Assembly (NCBI GenBank): GCA_964413645.1
Contig: CAYPSA010000007.1
Span: 3,621-67,620 of the forward strand
Direction: 5' to 3'
DNA: 64,000 nt
DNA from: an uncultured Gammaproteobacteria bacterium
GTDB taxonomy: Bacteria > Patescibacteriota > Microgenomatia > UBA1406 > HO2-37-13b
Below the pieces are notes generated by a model, which was not told the DNA's origin, did no database searches, and saw nothing but the letters and a program-made list of their open reading frames with translations. How positions within the stretch are numbered: position 1 is the first letter of the stretch; the number at the start of each line of letters is the position of its first letter. The position numbers and the translations under genes are program-made. Shown here one piece after another: positions 44,409 to 54,108 of this stretch.

Positions 44409-44906
44409 TTATTTTCCAGCTTTAAGTGAGTCGATGTCTTTTTGAATCTCTGCAAGTGATTTCGTGAGAATGGTCATGTTTTTTTGAATGTGCTGAAGTG
44501 CGTCTACTGTTTCGCTTTTTGCCCCTGCATCAATGTCGCCCGACAATTCTTCAACGTCTCGTTGAATCAAATCGCTATCTTCTTCCAAATCATCAACGTC
44601 TTGTTCTAGTTCATCAATATCTTCCTGAATTTCTTCAATATCATCTTCAACGTTTTCCAAACTTTCGGTATGCTGATTAACGGTCATTTGAATGAAAATT
44701 GCCAAGTAAATAGCTTCTAACGATACGGCTGTGGTAAGAATGAGTAGAATTTGATCAATTCCAAAACCTACTAAACCTAGCGCGAAAATCCCTACGAAAA
44801 GTATAGTGTGGACAAGAATAGATGTCGGAGTGCCGATCCAAATAGTAGCTTTCTTCGAAAGCATATCTACAATATTGTCTTTCTTATCATCTACTTCAAT
44901 TGTCAT
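44409..44906 (-). CDS. Two-TM protein resembling the low-affinity iron permease (Fet4-like/PF04120) family, with acidic coiled-coil tail
   Basis: IWIGTPTSILVH..ILLILTTAVSLEAIYLAIFIQMTVNQH followed by a D/E-rich C-terminus. Confidence 0.4.
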   Translation of the reverse strand: MTIEVDDKKDNIVDMLSKKATIWIGTPTSILVHTILFVGIFALGLVGFGIDQILLILTTAVSLEAIYLAIFIQMTVNQHTESLENVEDDIEEIQEDIDELEQDVDDLEEDSDLIQRDVEELSGDIDAGAKSETVDALQHIQKNMTILTKSLAEIQKDIDSLKAGK

Positions 44907-44966
44907 AGTAGTACAAAAAAACAGTATACCATACTCACATCAATAATCCTATAGGATAATTCACTA

Positions 44967-44996
44967 TTGACATTTAAGTCTTTGTTCCAGTATAGT
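44967..44996 (+). promoter_or_regulatory. Promoter TTGACA-18-TATAGT, 9 nt upstream of ATG 45006
   Basis: Hexamers and spacing read from the sequence. Confidence 0.55.
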
Positions 44997-45005
44997 GAAG
45001 AACTT

Positions 45006-45602
45006 ATGGATGATGCAACAAGTAAACAAAACGATCAGGCAGATGATCAAGTGATTGATGACCAGGTGACTGATGATTCGGTGTTGAACGAAGAAGTTGT
45101 CGATGGAGAAATCGTGGAAGACGGTATTGAGACAGTGGAAGATTCTGAAATTGAACTCGTAAGCCCCCAAGAAATTCAAGAACAGGCTAAAGAACAATTG
45201 AATGAAGCGAGTGAATTGTTAGATCTTGAACAGACCATTAAAACATATTACCAAGGAGTGCAATCTAAGCGCGAGGAAATGAAGCAATATAAAGAAATGA
45301 TTTCAGACACATTCTCAAATGATAAATCATTAGCTGAAAGTGAAGAAAAAATGAAGTCGCTTAAAATGGAATCTAATAAGATTAAGGAACAACTTGCCGG
45401 AACCAGCGCAGTTATTGAAGCCAAACAAAAACTCAAAGAACTTACAGCAGAAGTTCGCGATTTAGATAAAGCACTTTCTAAATTTTTACTCGACTATCGT
45501 GACATTGCGCAAACAAATCAAATTATGGTCCGCGAAGGAGAAATGTACCAAATTGTTCAAAGTGCAAAATTGGTAAAACAAACGGCAGTAAGTCGGGACT
45601 AG
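45006..45602 (+). CDS. Acidic coiled-coil hypothetical protein
   Basis: D/E/Q-rich ORF. The start is set by the promoter geometry. Confidence 0.5.
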   Translation: MDDATSKQNDQADDQVIDDQVTDDSVLNEEVVDGEIVEDGIETVEDSEIELVSPQEIQEQAKEQLNEASELLDLEQTIKTYYQGVQSKREEMKQYKEMISDTFSNDKSLAESEEKMKSLKMESNKIKEQLAGTSAVIEAKQKLKELTAEVRDLDKALSKFLLDYRDIAQTNQIMVREGEMYQIVQSAKLVKQTAVSRD

Positions 45603-45603
45603 T

Positions 45604-46605
45604 ATGAAAGTACTTCTGGTTATAGTGACAATATTCGCCATTCCTATCTATATTTTTTTCACATCCGATTTCTCAAAAACACCTCCTCAAATCGATACCT
45701 TTGCAGTTCCTACGCAAGCACCAATAACAAATATTAGTACACCTTTCACCATTGAATCGTTGCGAAAGAGAGAATATAAAAAAAGTGCAATAACTATTGA
45801 ATCTAAAGCATACAGCACAGATTCTTTCGTGGCACAGGTTATTTCATATGATTCAGATGGAAATAAGCTTTACGCCTTATTGAGCGTGCCAAAAAATAGT
45901 AACCCAAACACTCCATTTCTTATTTTGAATCATGGATATATCGACCCCGATGTTTATTCCACGATATCTTCGTACAAAAATTCTTTTGATTATTTTGCAG
46001 GTAAAGGATTTATTGTTTTAAAGCCTGACTATCGAGCTCATGGAAATTCTGGTGGCGACAAAAAAGATCCGTTAAATCGACTGAACTACCCGATTGACGT
46101 TTTAAATCTAATCGCCTCTCTTCCATCACTCTCACCGACAATAATACAGAGTAGTAAGCGAGACATTTTTATTTGGAGCCATTCAATGGGTGGCGATATT
46201 TCGCTCAAAGTATTAGAAGTTGCAGGTTCAAAAATCAAGCGAGCAAGTTTTTGGGCACCAGTAAGTGCGCCATACCCCGAAAGCATGCTGTATTTCCTTA
46301 AAATTCATGACGCTGCAAATTATGAAATAACAAAAGAGTTAGTGTATAAATATTTTTCCGCTGATGATTTTGTGAAATTGTCGCCAAGTAAAAATACACA
46401 TTTTATTAAATCTGAAATAATTTTACATCACGGTACAGCTGATGAATCAGTTCCCTACAAATGGAGTGTCGATCTTGTTAATGAATTAACTTCTTCAAAA
46501 ATTTCTCATAAATTTTATACATACCAAGGTGAGGATCATAATTTTACCAAAGGCGCCAACGGGACCGTGTTAAAACGGGATATAGATTTTTTTATACCAA
46601 ACTAA
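45604..46605 (+). CDS. Alpha/beta hydrolase, prolyl-oligopeptidase (S9)/dienelactone-hydrolase-like
   Basis: N-terminal TM, nucleophile elbow WSHSMGG, and HHGTADESVP. Confidence 0.7.
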   Translation: MKVLLVIVTIFAIPIYIFFTSDFSKTPPQIDTFAVPTQAPITNISTPFTIESLRKREYKKSAITIESKAYSTDSFVAQVISYDSDGNKLYALLSVPKNSNPNTPFLILNHGYIDPDVYSTISSYKNSFDYFAGKGFIVLKPDYRAHGNSGGDKKDPLNRLNYPIDVLNLIASLPSLSPTIIQSSKRDIFIWSHSMGGDISLKVLEVAGSKIKRASFWAPVSAPYPESMLYFLKIHDAANYEITKELVYKYFSADDFVKLSPSKNTHFIKSEIILHHGTADESVPYKWSVDLVNELTSSKISHKFYTYQGEDHNFTKGANGTVLKRDIDFFIPN

Positions 46606-47929
46606 TTGTTTCGTTCAAATGCGGAGTGTCGATAGTAAGATCTGCTTGAGCTTCGTTAATCTTTTGTTTCAAATGTGTGCGAGGACCATCTTCTCCATGC
46701 GTTAACACGAGTCGCTTTACTCCTTGAATCGAATTGAACCAGCTGAGTAGCTTTGGTTGATCGGCATGTGCGCTCATTCCCGAAGAATGAGTAACCGTTG
46801 CGTTCACTTGAACTTTGCGCCCCTTAATTGTTACAACCCGTGCACCATCTAAAATATCTCGACCAAGTGTTCCCTCACCCTGATATCCGACAATAAATAG
46901 CCGTGATGATCGATAACTCAAATATTCAAGTGCATGATACATAATTCTTCCACCGCTCATCATACCACTTCCCGCAATAATGACTTTTGCGCCATATACT
47001 CCCAAGATCGCCTTACTTTCATCTACAGATTCGACGAGTGATAGACCTGGGAAATCAAATGGGTCATCCTTTTTTACATGATTTGTAAGTTCTGGACTAT
47101 ATAAGTTTTTGAATTCTTTATACACTGAAGTTGTCTTTATTGCCATTGGGCTATCTAGGTAAACAGGTGTTGCGGCCAAGACTTTATTCTCTCTTTTTAA
47201 GTGGTCAATTTTATGCAATATTTCCTGCGTTCGCTCCATAGAAAAAGCTGGAATAAGTAGAACTCCCCCATTTCTTTCCACTGAATTGATCTCGTTCTGA
47301 AGCATTGTATCGGTATCTTCTACATGATGAGTTCTGTCACCGTACGTCGACTCCATAACAACTACATCCGCAGCCGCAATTCTTTCAGTTGCGTGCAATA
47401 ATTCTTCGGGACTGTTCCCTAAATCACCACTAAATATCATTTTTTGCGCACCATTAATAAGTACGCTGGCTGACCCCAAAATATGACCGGCATCATACAT
47501 CGATATTCCATATCCTCCAATTTCAAAGGGAGTATGATAATCGACAACAGAAGACATGTCGAGAACTCTCTGAACATCTTCTTCGGTATACAATGGTTCA
47601 TCATTTTGGCTATGTGAAATTTTTGCAGCATCAAGTAATACGATTTCAATAAGTTCGCGTGTTGGTTTTGTCATGTAGATTTTACCTGTGTATCCAAGTT
47701 GGGCAAGTAATGGAAGACGACCACAATGGTCTAAATGCGCATGTGTAAGTACCACGCCTTCAATATCAGGTATCGAGACATCAAGAGGAGCACGATTTAA
47801 ATTCTCAATGTGGAAAGGTCCCTGAAACATGCCCAAATCGACCATAATTCCCTTACCTGAGTCTTTTTGAATTACGTACGAAGATCCGGTTACCGTTCCT
47901 GCAGCTCCTAAAAAACGAATTGAGTCCAT
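46592..47929 (-). CDS. MBL-fold beta-CASP family RNA-metabolising hydrolase
   Basis: HAHLDHCGRLP motif, a beta-CASP length insertion, and a C-terminal His motif SAHAD. Confidence 0.8.
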   Translation of the reverse strand: MDSIRFLGAAGTVTGSSYVIQKDSGKGIMVDLGMFQGPFHIENLNRAPLDVSIPDIEGVVLTHAHLDHCGRLPLLAQLGYTGKIYMTKPTRELIEIVLLDAAKISHSQNDEPLYTEEDVQRVLDMSSVVDYHTPFEIGGYGISMYDAGHILGSASVLINGAQKMIFSGDLGNSPEELLHATERIAAADVVVMESTYGDRTHHVEDTDTMLQNEINSVERNGGVLLIPAFSMERTQEILHKIDHLKRENKVLAATPVYLDSPMAIKTTSVYKEFKNLYSPELTNHVKKDDPFDFPGLSLVESVDESKAILGVYGAKVIIAGSGMMSGGRIMYHALEYLSYRSSRLFIVGYQGEGTLGRDILDGARVVTIKGRKVQVNATVTHSSGMSAHADQPKLLSWFNSIQGVKRLVLTHGEDGPRTHLKQKINEAQADLTIDTPHLNETISLV

Positions 47930-47984
47930 TGTTTATTTATAGCATACCCGCGAGGGAAAAAGATAGAGTGCAAGCAGATACCTT

Positions 47985-48059
47985 TGTCATTTCGAAAGAG
48001 CGCTAGCGACTGAGAAATCTCACCTAGCCGAGGTTTCTCGACTACGTATCGAAATGACA
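47985..48059. repeat. 75-nt nested-hairpin dispersed repeat (second full copy)
   Basis: Sequence tgtcatttcgaaagagcgctagcgactgagaaatctcacctagccgaggtttctcgactacgtatcgaaatgaca. Both stems are conserved relative to 4887-4962. Confidence 0.85.
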
Positions 48060-48070
48060 AAGAAAACATG

Positions 48071-48934
48071 TCACCACTTGTATATCTTTCTCAATAGTTT
48101 CATCCACAAAAAATCTGGCAGTAGTTTTCGAATCCAATAATTCTTATGTGCATCCATCCCTATTCGATATCGCAACTTTGGCGATCCAGATTCAATAATC
48201 TCTGCAATCACGTCCGCTACTTGTTCAGGGCCTTTTTGCTTTGACGTTAAGCCCTTTACCTGAGCGTGCGTTTTTATATAACGCGAATCAAATGTTGTAA
48301 TCAATTTCTTGTATGGTGAATTTTCCCGATACATTAGTCCTGCATCTTTCCGATTATTAGAAAAGCTCGTTTTAAAAGAACCCGGTTCTACCATGCATAC
48401 TGAAATCCCAAAATGTTTCAGCTCAAACCATAGTCCCTCTGTTATAGTTTCAATCGCATATTTTGATGCTGAATAAATGCTAAACAAAGGAAATGAAACA
48501 AGCCCACTAATAGAACTAAAATTAATAATAAGTCCAGACTTTTGCTTTCTCATTATCGGAGATACAGCCTTTATCATTCGCAAAACTCCAAAAACATTTG
48601 TCTCAAATTGTGCTTTAACTTCATCAATCGAAAAATCTTCAATCGGTCCACGCGTTCCATATCCGGCATTATTTATGAGGACATCAATTCGAGAAGTTTT
48701 CTTAAGAATTTGAGCAATAGCATTTTTTACCGATACTTCAGAATCTACATCGAGTTTAATAATAGATATATTAAGATCGTTGCGATTGGCTAATATGCGA
48801 AGTCTTTTTGCTCCATCGCTTTGGGTATTTCGAACTCCTGCAAAAATTACGTAGTTACTCTGCGCTAAAGCCACTGCGCTTTCTAATCCAAATCCACTCG
48901 AACATCCAGTGATTAAGACTATTTTTCTTTTCAT
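48071..48934 (-). CDS. Short-chain dehydrogenase/reductase (SDR)
   Basis: TGCSSGFG cofactor motif and YSASK active site. Confidence 0.88.
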   Translation of the reverse strand: MKRKIVLITGCSSGFGLESAVALAQSNYVIFAGVRNTQSDGAKRLRILANRNDLNISIIKLDVDSEVSVKNAIAQILKKTSRIDVLINNAGYGTRGPIEDFSIDEVKAQFETNVFGVLRMIKAVSPIMRKQKSGLIINFSSISGLVSFPLFSIYSASKYAIETITEGLWFELKHFGISVCMVEPGSFKTSFSNNRKDAGLMYRENSPYKKLITTFDSRYIKTHAQVKGLTSKQKGPEQVADVIAEIIESGSPKLRYRIGMDAHKNYWIRKLLPDFLWMKLLRKIYKW

Positions 48935-49081
48935 AACGATCCAATTGTATCACGAATTTAGTCACTTGCTTTTTATATATGAAAACATCTAGAATCAATT
49001 AAAGCTGTTAAAAGTATGACGATCATCCAATCGCTTTTACTTTAAAAATCCAGCTTTAGCAAATCAAAGGAGGTGAAAAAT

Positions 49082-49300
49082 ATGGAACATAAACCACTAC
49101 ATACAGTTACGTATCTTTTGATAGTCGTCGGAGCACTTAACTGGGGACTTGTAGGTCTTTTTGATGTAAATCTTGTCGCATCACTTTTAGGCGATGGCTC
49201 AATGTCAGAAAAAGTTGTATATATTTTGGTAGGTCTTAGTGCAGTCGTTGACTTAATGATGCACATGTCTTACTGCAAGATGTGCGGTAGCAAGAAGTAA
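49082..49300 (+). CDS. DUF378-family small membrane protein
   Basis: VGALNWGLVGLF motif. SD AAAGGAGG lies 8 nt upstream of ATG 49082. Confidence 0.65.
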   Translation: MEHKPLHTVTYLLIVVGALNWGLVGLFDVNLVASLLGDGSMSEKVVYILVGLSAVVDLMMHMSYCKMCGSKK

Positions 49301-49315
49301 TCGTTACGTGATCCT

Positions 49316-50224
49316 TTATTCTTCATCAGGAACGTCCGTAGAATAATATCGCGGACTTCCTGTTGATAGGCTCATTGCCTGCGCAGAAAGATAATATATC
49401 TCATCACCCCAATGTGAATTACCCACAAATTCACCCTTTCCATCAACAACAGCCTGAAGCGGAGCGCAATATCTACATCCCATCTTATCATCGCTTATGC
49501 ATTTAAAATGATTTAGTTGGCGTGCCAATTTCAAACGTAATCCGGTTTCCATAATTTGTTTTTCACTATCTTTAGCATTAGGAAGCTGGACAGAAACAGG
49601 CTCATCATCACTTTCCAAATACCAATAACTTGCGCCAGCAACGGTTCTTTTTTGGCAATGGGTTGTTAATAGGTAATATATTGGAAGCTGAAGCGAACCG
49701 TCCTGCTCTTTCCCCTTACCTGTTTTAAAATCAATAATATATACAGAATCACTTTTTTCATCGTATTGCAGCCAGTCAATTTTTCCACACAAAATCAGAT
49801 TTTCGTCTTTTGAAATCCAGTAATACGGCAGCTGCTCCCTAATTTTGACTGCTGGGAGTTTAAGAATTCCCGGATGTTGTGCTAAACGAGAAACCATAGC
49901 TTCTCCCCGGGCTTTATACCCTTGCTCTTCTTCAAAATTTGAAAATCCACCTTTTTTTCCAGTAATAGTTTTCCATTCCTCATTAAATCGGTCAACCAAT
50001 GGAGTAGTGAAGCGATCTACTGAAGGAAGCGTAGAAATCTGATCAAGTACTGAATGCACCGCTTGACCCAACGACAATGCTGGTTTTGAAATACTTATCT
50101 TTTTACCTGTTCGGGGATTTTTATATACGTATCGAAAATAATATGCACGCGGACAATTAGTGAAGTCTTTCATTCCCGAATATGACAACCAAATAGCCTT
50201 ATATTTATCGTCATCCATGGGCAC
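49316..50224 (-). CDS. PD-(D/E)XK nuclease, Cas4/RecB-like with Cys cluster
   Basis: N-terminal Cys (FTNCPRAYYF), IIDFKTGK, QLPIYYL (QxxxY), and C-terminal C-x8-C-x2-C. Confidence 0.7.
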   Translation of the reverse strand: MPMDDDKYKAIWLSYSGMKDFTNCPRAYYFRYVYKNPRTGKKISISKPALSLGQAVHSVLDQISTLPSVDRFTTPLVDRFNEEWKTITGKKGGFSNFEEEQGYKARGEAMVSRLAQHPGILKLPAVKIREQLPYYWISKDENLILCGKIDWLQYDEKSDSVYIIDFKTGKGKEQDGSLQLPIYYLLTTHCQKRTVAGASYWYLESDDEPVSVQLPNAKDSEKQIMETGLRLKLARQLNHFKCISDDKMGCRYCAPLQAVVDGKGEFVGNSHWGDEIYYLSAQAMSLSTGSPRYYSTDVPDEE

Positions 50225-50238
50225 AAGTATACCAGAGT

Positions 50239-51258
50239 TTACGCCGACTTAGATCCTTTTTGCATTACATTTTCACGGTTCAGGAAATTTAGAATAGTTG
50301 GCATACTTGCAGCAAAAGGCAATGCAACAAAAGCTCCACTCATTCCAAAAAGGGTTGCTCCAATAACCACTGAGAGTAGACTGAGCGAGGGGGACAAATC
50401 GAGAACCTGTTTATAAATGCTTGGAGCTAAAATATTATTCTCAAATTGCTGATATAAAATGAATAGCGCCAATGTAAGCAATCCAGTAGTTGGACTCACT
50501 GCAAATGCAATGATAAGCGAAGGAACAGCACCGGTTAATGCACCAATCAATGGAAGTAAATCTAAAATACCTGCAAGGATTCCAAGTGGAATTGCAAATG
50601 GAACGTTCAATATTAACAACCCTGTGGTTATAATCGTTGCACACGTAATTGAAATAAGCAAATTCCCCCGAATATATTGACCATTAATAATGTAAAGCTC
50701 TCGAAACATTTCCAGATAATCTTGACGACGTTTTGCAGGAATAACACTGAATAAAATTCTTCGCAAACGATGAGAATCGATAAGCATGTATAACGTCATG
50801 AAAAGAATAGTAATTATGGTAGCAATAAAGCCGGTTATCTGAGCTGAAGAATCTAATAAATAACTTATGCTACTTTGAGTATATTGGGTAAAATCAATTT
50901 CCCTTAAGGAAGCTGGTAAAAATGTTGATCGTACTACAATTATATTGAGTGTTTTTAACAAACTTGGGAACTGTTGAATAAAATTAGGAATAATGACCGC
51001 AATAGTTGTAATAAGCGGAATAGTAAGCGCGGCTAACGCCACAATTGATGCGAATGTAAGTGACATCCATTTGGTTAAATATCGAACCGTTGGATATAAT
51101 GCGGAAGAGATCATCGTGGCAAGTAAAACAATAACGATCACACCGTTCAGTTTCCAGACAAGAGAAAGAGTTATACCAATAACAACAATTCGGAGTAGTG
51201 CTGTCCAGCTTAGAGTCACTTCAACGCGCTGATCGTTAGACATAAGAACATTATACAA
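50239..51258 (-). CDS. AI-2E family transporter (PerM/UPF0118)
   Basis: Eight TMs and a typical C-terminal LLDLLPLIGA..P region. Confidence 0.8.
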   Translation of the reverse strand: MYNVLMSNDQRVEVTLSWTALLRIVVIGITLSLVWKLNGVIVIVLLATMISSALYPTVRYLTKWMSLTFASIVALAALTIPLITTIAVIIPNFIQQFPSLLKTLNIIVVRSTFLPASLREIDFTQYTQSSISYLLDSSAQITGFIATIITILFMTLYMLIDSHRLRRILFSVIPAKRRQDYLEMFRELYIINGQYIRGNLLISITCATIITTGLLILNVPFAIPLGILAGILDLLPLIGALTGAVPSLIIAFAVSPTTGLLTLALFILYQQFENNILAPSIYKQVLDLSPSLSLLSVVIGATLFGMSGAFVALPFAASMPTILNFLNRENVMQKGSKSA

Positions 51259-51259
51259 A

Positions 51260-51976
51260 TTAATCTTCAGAAAGAAAGTGCTTTCTTGCGCTATTCTCGA
51301 AACTAGAATCTATTTCTGAAAGTTTAATCTCCTTTTCATACTTTTGCTGCAACGCGGTTTTAATGAACCAGTCGGCAAGAACTGGGTTTTTAGGAAGAAG
51401 TGATCCGTGCATGTAGCAACCAATTGCATTCTTATATATACACCCCTCTGTTTGATCTTCTCCATTATTTCCGTTTCCTGAAACGATTGTTCCCAACTTT
51501 GCATTTTGATCATTTAGATATGTTTTTCCGCTATGATTTTCGAATCCAATAAGCTTACCAAATTTGGAATCAACGACAATATTACCAATCATGCGTTTTG
51601 TTCCTGCTACGGTATATGCTCCAAAGACTCCAATTCCCGGTAACTTTTCTCCTTCGAAAGGCTGGTAATATTCCCCAAGTAACTGATATCCGCCACATAT
51701 CGAAAGCAACGGCACTCCTCGTTCAACTTCTTTCTTAATAAGTTTCCCTTTTATTTTTTGCAAGTCTTTGGAAACTTCAATCTGACTAGTATCTTGGCCG
51801 CCTCCGAAAAAAAGGATATCAGCATCATGAGGTTTATATGAAGTGCCAATTGAAATCATTTTTATTTCCGTTTCTACTTTGAAAAGTTTTGAACGATGTT
51901 GTAGCGCAATAATATTTCCATTATCTCCATAAATATTCATTAAATCTCCGTACAAATATCCGATCGTTAGTTTCAT
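51260..51976 (-). CDS. gatD: Lipid II isoglutaminyl synthase, glutamine amidotransferase subunit GatD
   Basis: CobQ-type GATase (SICGGYQLLG, ..CYMHGS). It overlaps murT by 4 nt. Confidence 0.8.
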   Translation of the reverse strand: MKLTIGYLYGDLMNIYGDNGNIIALQHRSKLFKVETEIKMISIGTSYKPHDADILFFGGGQDTSQIEVSKDLQKIKGKLIKKEVERGVPLLSICGGYQLLGEYYQPFEGEKLPGIGVFGAYTVAGTKRMIGNIVVDSKFGKLIGFENHSGKTYLNDQNAKLGTIVSGNGNNGEDQTEGCIYKNAIGCYMHGSLLPKNPVLADWFIKTALQQKYEKEIKLSEIDSSFENSARKHFLSED

Positions 51977-53262
51977 AAATCAACCTCCTTGTGCCATTGT
52001 TCATCTTTATAACCGTTCTCCGTCAAATACTCTTGTAGTTCCAACAAAGCGGTATATGTTGGAAGAATAAATACTCTTCCACTATTTGGTCGATTTGAAA
52101 GTTTACTCATTGTTTTCTCCAAATTGTCGTAAATATTCACATTCTCCTTCTTTATACCTGCATAGACCAAGCGAAGCGCCATATCATACCTGCGGGTGCC
52201 AGTCACAAAAATTTCGGAAAAATTTTCTAAAATCTTTTCGAAGTGTGCGTCCCAAATCCACGAAACATCAGTACCATCGGCAATATTATCATTGAGTATG
52301 ATAACCAAAACATCTTCTTTTCGAATCATTGGGTTAATAGTTTCTAAAACCTGTGTTGTTCCTGCTGGATTTTTTATAAGGGCTATTAGACCATGTCTGT
52401 TATTTAAAAGCACCTTTTCCATTCGGCCAAACGCTGGTTTAAAAGAACTTAGAGAACCCAATATATCTTCTACGGAAAATTCTAACTCACGCGCAACTAA
52501 GTATGCTGGTAGGAAGTTATATACGTTATAAATTCCAATAATTGGTAATAGTGTTTTTTGTCCAAATCCTTTATGTCCAAAAACTATTTCAGTACCATCT
52601 ATATCCGTAGAAAGGATTTGCGCTTTAATATCAAAGTTAACACGTGAAGACTTTTTCTCAAAATGTACTGGGCTTTGTGCAATTCCAAATGTCTGAATTT
52701 GTGTGTTTGAATATTTCTTAAAGTTTTCCAGGTGACCATCATCACCATTCAAATATACGGTCTTACTCCACGTTGCTTTTTCAAGCGCCTTCATCCATTT
52801 ATTAATAATTGTATTAATCTCACCATATCGATCTAATTGATCCCGAAAAATATTTAATATCACAATATGTTCCGGCTTCACCTGAGAAATAATATCGACA
52901 AAGGCAGCTTCATCTGCTTCCCAAACTCCAAGTGCAACATTGGTAATTTTCCCAAAAATAGAGCTTTTACTAAGGAGCTTTGAAGCAACGCCGCGAGACA
53001 AGTTTGAACCCGTCCCATTGTGTAAAATAGATACTTCTCTGTGTACTAGAATGTTGGCAATCATCGCTGAGGTTGTTGTTTTTCCATTAGTACCTGTAAC
53101 CACAATATTCTGAGGAATTTGCTTTGCAAATTTGCGAATTAGTTGTGGATCAATATATAAAGCAACAAGTCCGGGTGCAGCACTACCCCCTGATTGAGTA
53201 AAAGTACGGATTAAAAACGCGGTAAATTTTCCAGCTAATATGGCCAACACCAGTCGAATCAT
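51973..53262 (-). CDS. murT: Lipid II isoglutaminyl synthase, Mur-ligase-like subunit MurT
   Basis: TGTNGKTTT P-loop, a Mur ligase central domain, and a DUF1727-like C-terminus. Paired with gatD. Confidence 0.8.
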   Translation of the reverse strand: MIRLVLAILAGKFTAFLIRTFTQSGGSAAPGLVALYIDPQLIRKFAKQIPQNIVVTGTNGKTTTSAMIANILVHREVSILHNGTGSNLSRGVASKLLSKSSIFGKITNVALGVWEADEAAFVDIISQVKPEHIVILNIFRDQLDRYGEINTIINKWMKALEKATWSKTVYLNGDDGHLENFKKYSNTQIQTFGIAQSPVHFEKKSSRVNFDIKAQILSTDIDGTEIVFGHKGFGQKTLLPIIGIYNVYNFLPAYLVARELEFSVEDILGSLSSFKPAFGRMEKVLLNNRHGLIALIKNPAGTTQVLETINPMIRKEDVLVIILNDNIADGTDVSWIWDAHFEKILENFSEIFVTGTRRYDMALRLVYAGIKKENVNIYDNLEKTMSKLSNRPNSGRVFILPTYTALLELQEYLTENGYKDEQWHKEVDL

Positions 53263-53290
53263 ATACGAACGATTGTACCATAAACAGGCA

Positions 53291-53845
53291 TTATACCTCT
53301 TTGCACATTTCTATTTGATCTATATATTCATCTTTATATAAAATCCCGCCCTGAAGTCGCCCATATTCATTAAACCCAAATCGTTCATACAAATGAATTG
53401 CAGTTGTGTTTATGGCGAATACAGAAAGTGTGATTAATTTCATATCGGTTAAATTGCTTTTTGCTTCTTCTAAAAGTTTGTCCAAAAATAATCCACCAAT
53501 TCCTTTTCCACGAAATTCCTTAGCAAGTGAAATTGCCATAACACCAATGTGCGATGAGGTATGATCTTTTAAATCAATTCCTCCAACTCCTTCAATAACT
53601 CCATCAACATCGAGTAATAATAGAATTGCTTGCTTTTGATCGATTCTTTTAAGTTGATAGTCTAAAAACTCCTGTTCTTTTTTTAAAGGAATTGTTTCAC
53701 CCTGAAATGTTACATACGTTTGTTCCTTAGAGAGATTATTAATATATCGATGAAGCATTCGAACGTCATCGCTTTTTGGATATCGTATCACAAAGCTGTT
53801 CCCGTCATCGGTTTCACCTTCAAATATTACTTTTCCTTGACTCAT
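53291..53845 (-). CDS. GNAT family N-acetyltransferase
   Basis: Acetyl-CoA motif FRGKGIGGLFL. ATG 53845 lies 7 nt after TGtTATAAT, and the longer 53875 start lies inside a repeat. Confidence 0.8.
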   Translation of the reverse strand: MSQGKVIFEGETDDGNSFVIRYPKSDDVRMLHRYINNLSKEQTYVTFQGETIPLKKEQEFLDYQLKRIDQKQAILLLLDVDGVIEGVGGIDLKDHTSSHIGVMAISLAKEFRGKGIGGLFLDKLLEEAKSNLTDMKLITLSVFAINTTAIHLYERFGFNEYGRLQGGILYKDEYIDQIEMCKEV

Positions 53846-53867
53846 TTGTGGAATTATAACATGAAGC

Positions 53868-53945
53868 TTTGTCATTCAGAGCGATACCTTTGTCGTCTCG
53901 AACTCCGCCAGCTGGCGGTGTGAGAGATCTCCGCCCGCTTGCATT
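53868..53945. repeat. Dispersed-repeat module cluster (GTCATTCAGAGCGATACCTTTGTCGTCTCGAA..CCGCCAGCTGGCGG..GAGAGATCTCC)
   Basis: Its modules match 18170-18196 and 14207-14240. Confidence 0.7.
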
Positions 53946-53967
53946 TACGATATCAATCTGATACATT
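53939..53967 (+). promoter_or_regulatory. Promoter TTGCAT-17-TACATT, 6 nt upstream of ATG 53974
   Basis: Hexamers and spacing read from the sequence. Confidence 0.45.
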
Positions 53968-53973
53968 ATAAAA

Positions 53974-54108
53974 ATGCAAAAAAAACTCACCAAACTGGTC
54001 AATAAACTCTTCAGCAAAGAAACAAAACGTGAAGATACAACTCGCAAGTATACCCGTGTTATGATTAAAAAATATGGCAAAACGTTAAAACGTTTGTCGT
54101 ATGAATAA
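53974..54108 (+). CDS. 44-aa basic ORF, candidate antitoxin/partner of Doc
   Basis: Not in the ORF track. Translation is MQKKLTKLVNKLFSKETKREDTTRKYTRVMIKKYGKTLKRLSYE. Its TAA stop overlaps the Doc ATG (TAATG). Confidence 0.45.
   Translation: MQKKLTKLVNKLFSKETKREDTTRKYTRVMIKKYGKTLKRLSYE

Noticed and set aside
44500-44660. Tandem DNA repeat in the acidic tail of the 44409-44906 protein
   Set aside because: The repetitiveness is at the amino-acid level (D/E-x-x-E heptad-like: DIEEIQEDIDELEQDVDDLEED). I did not see an exact nucleotide tandem unit.
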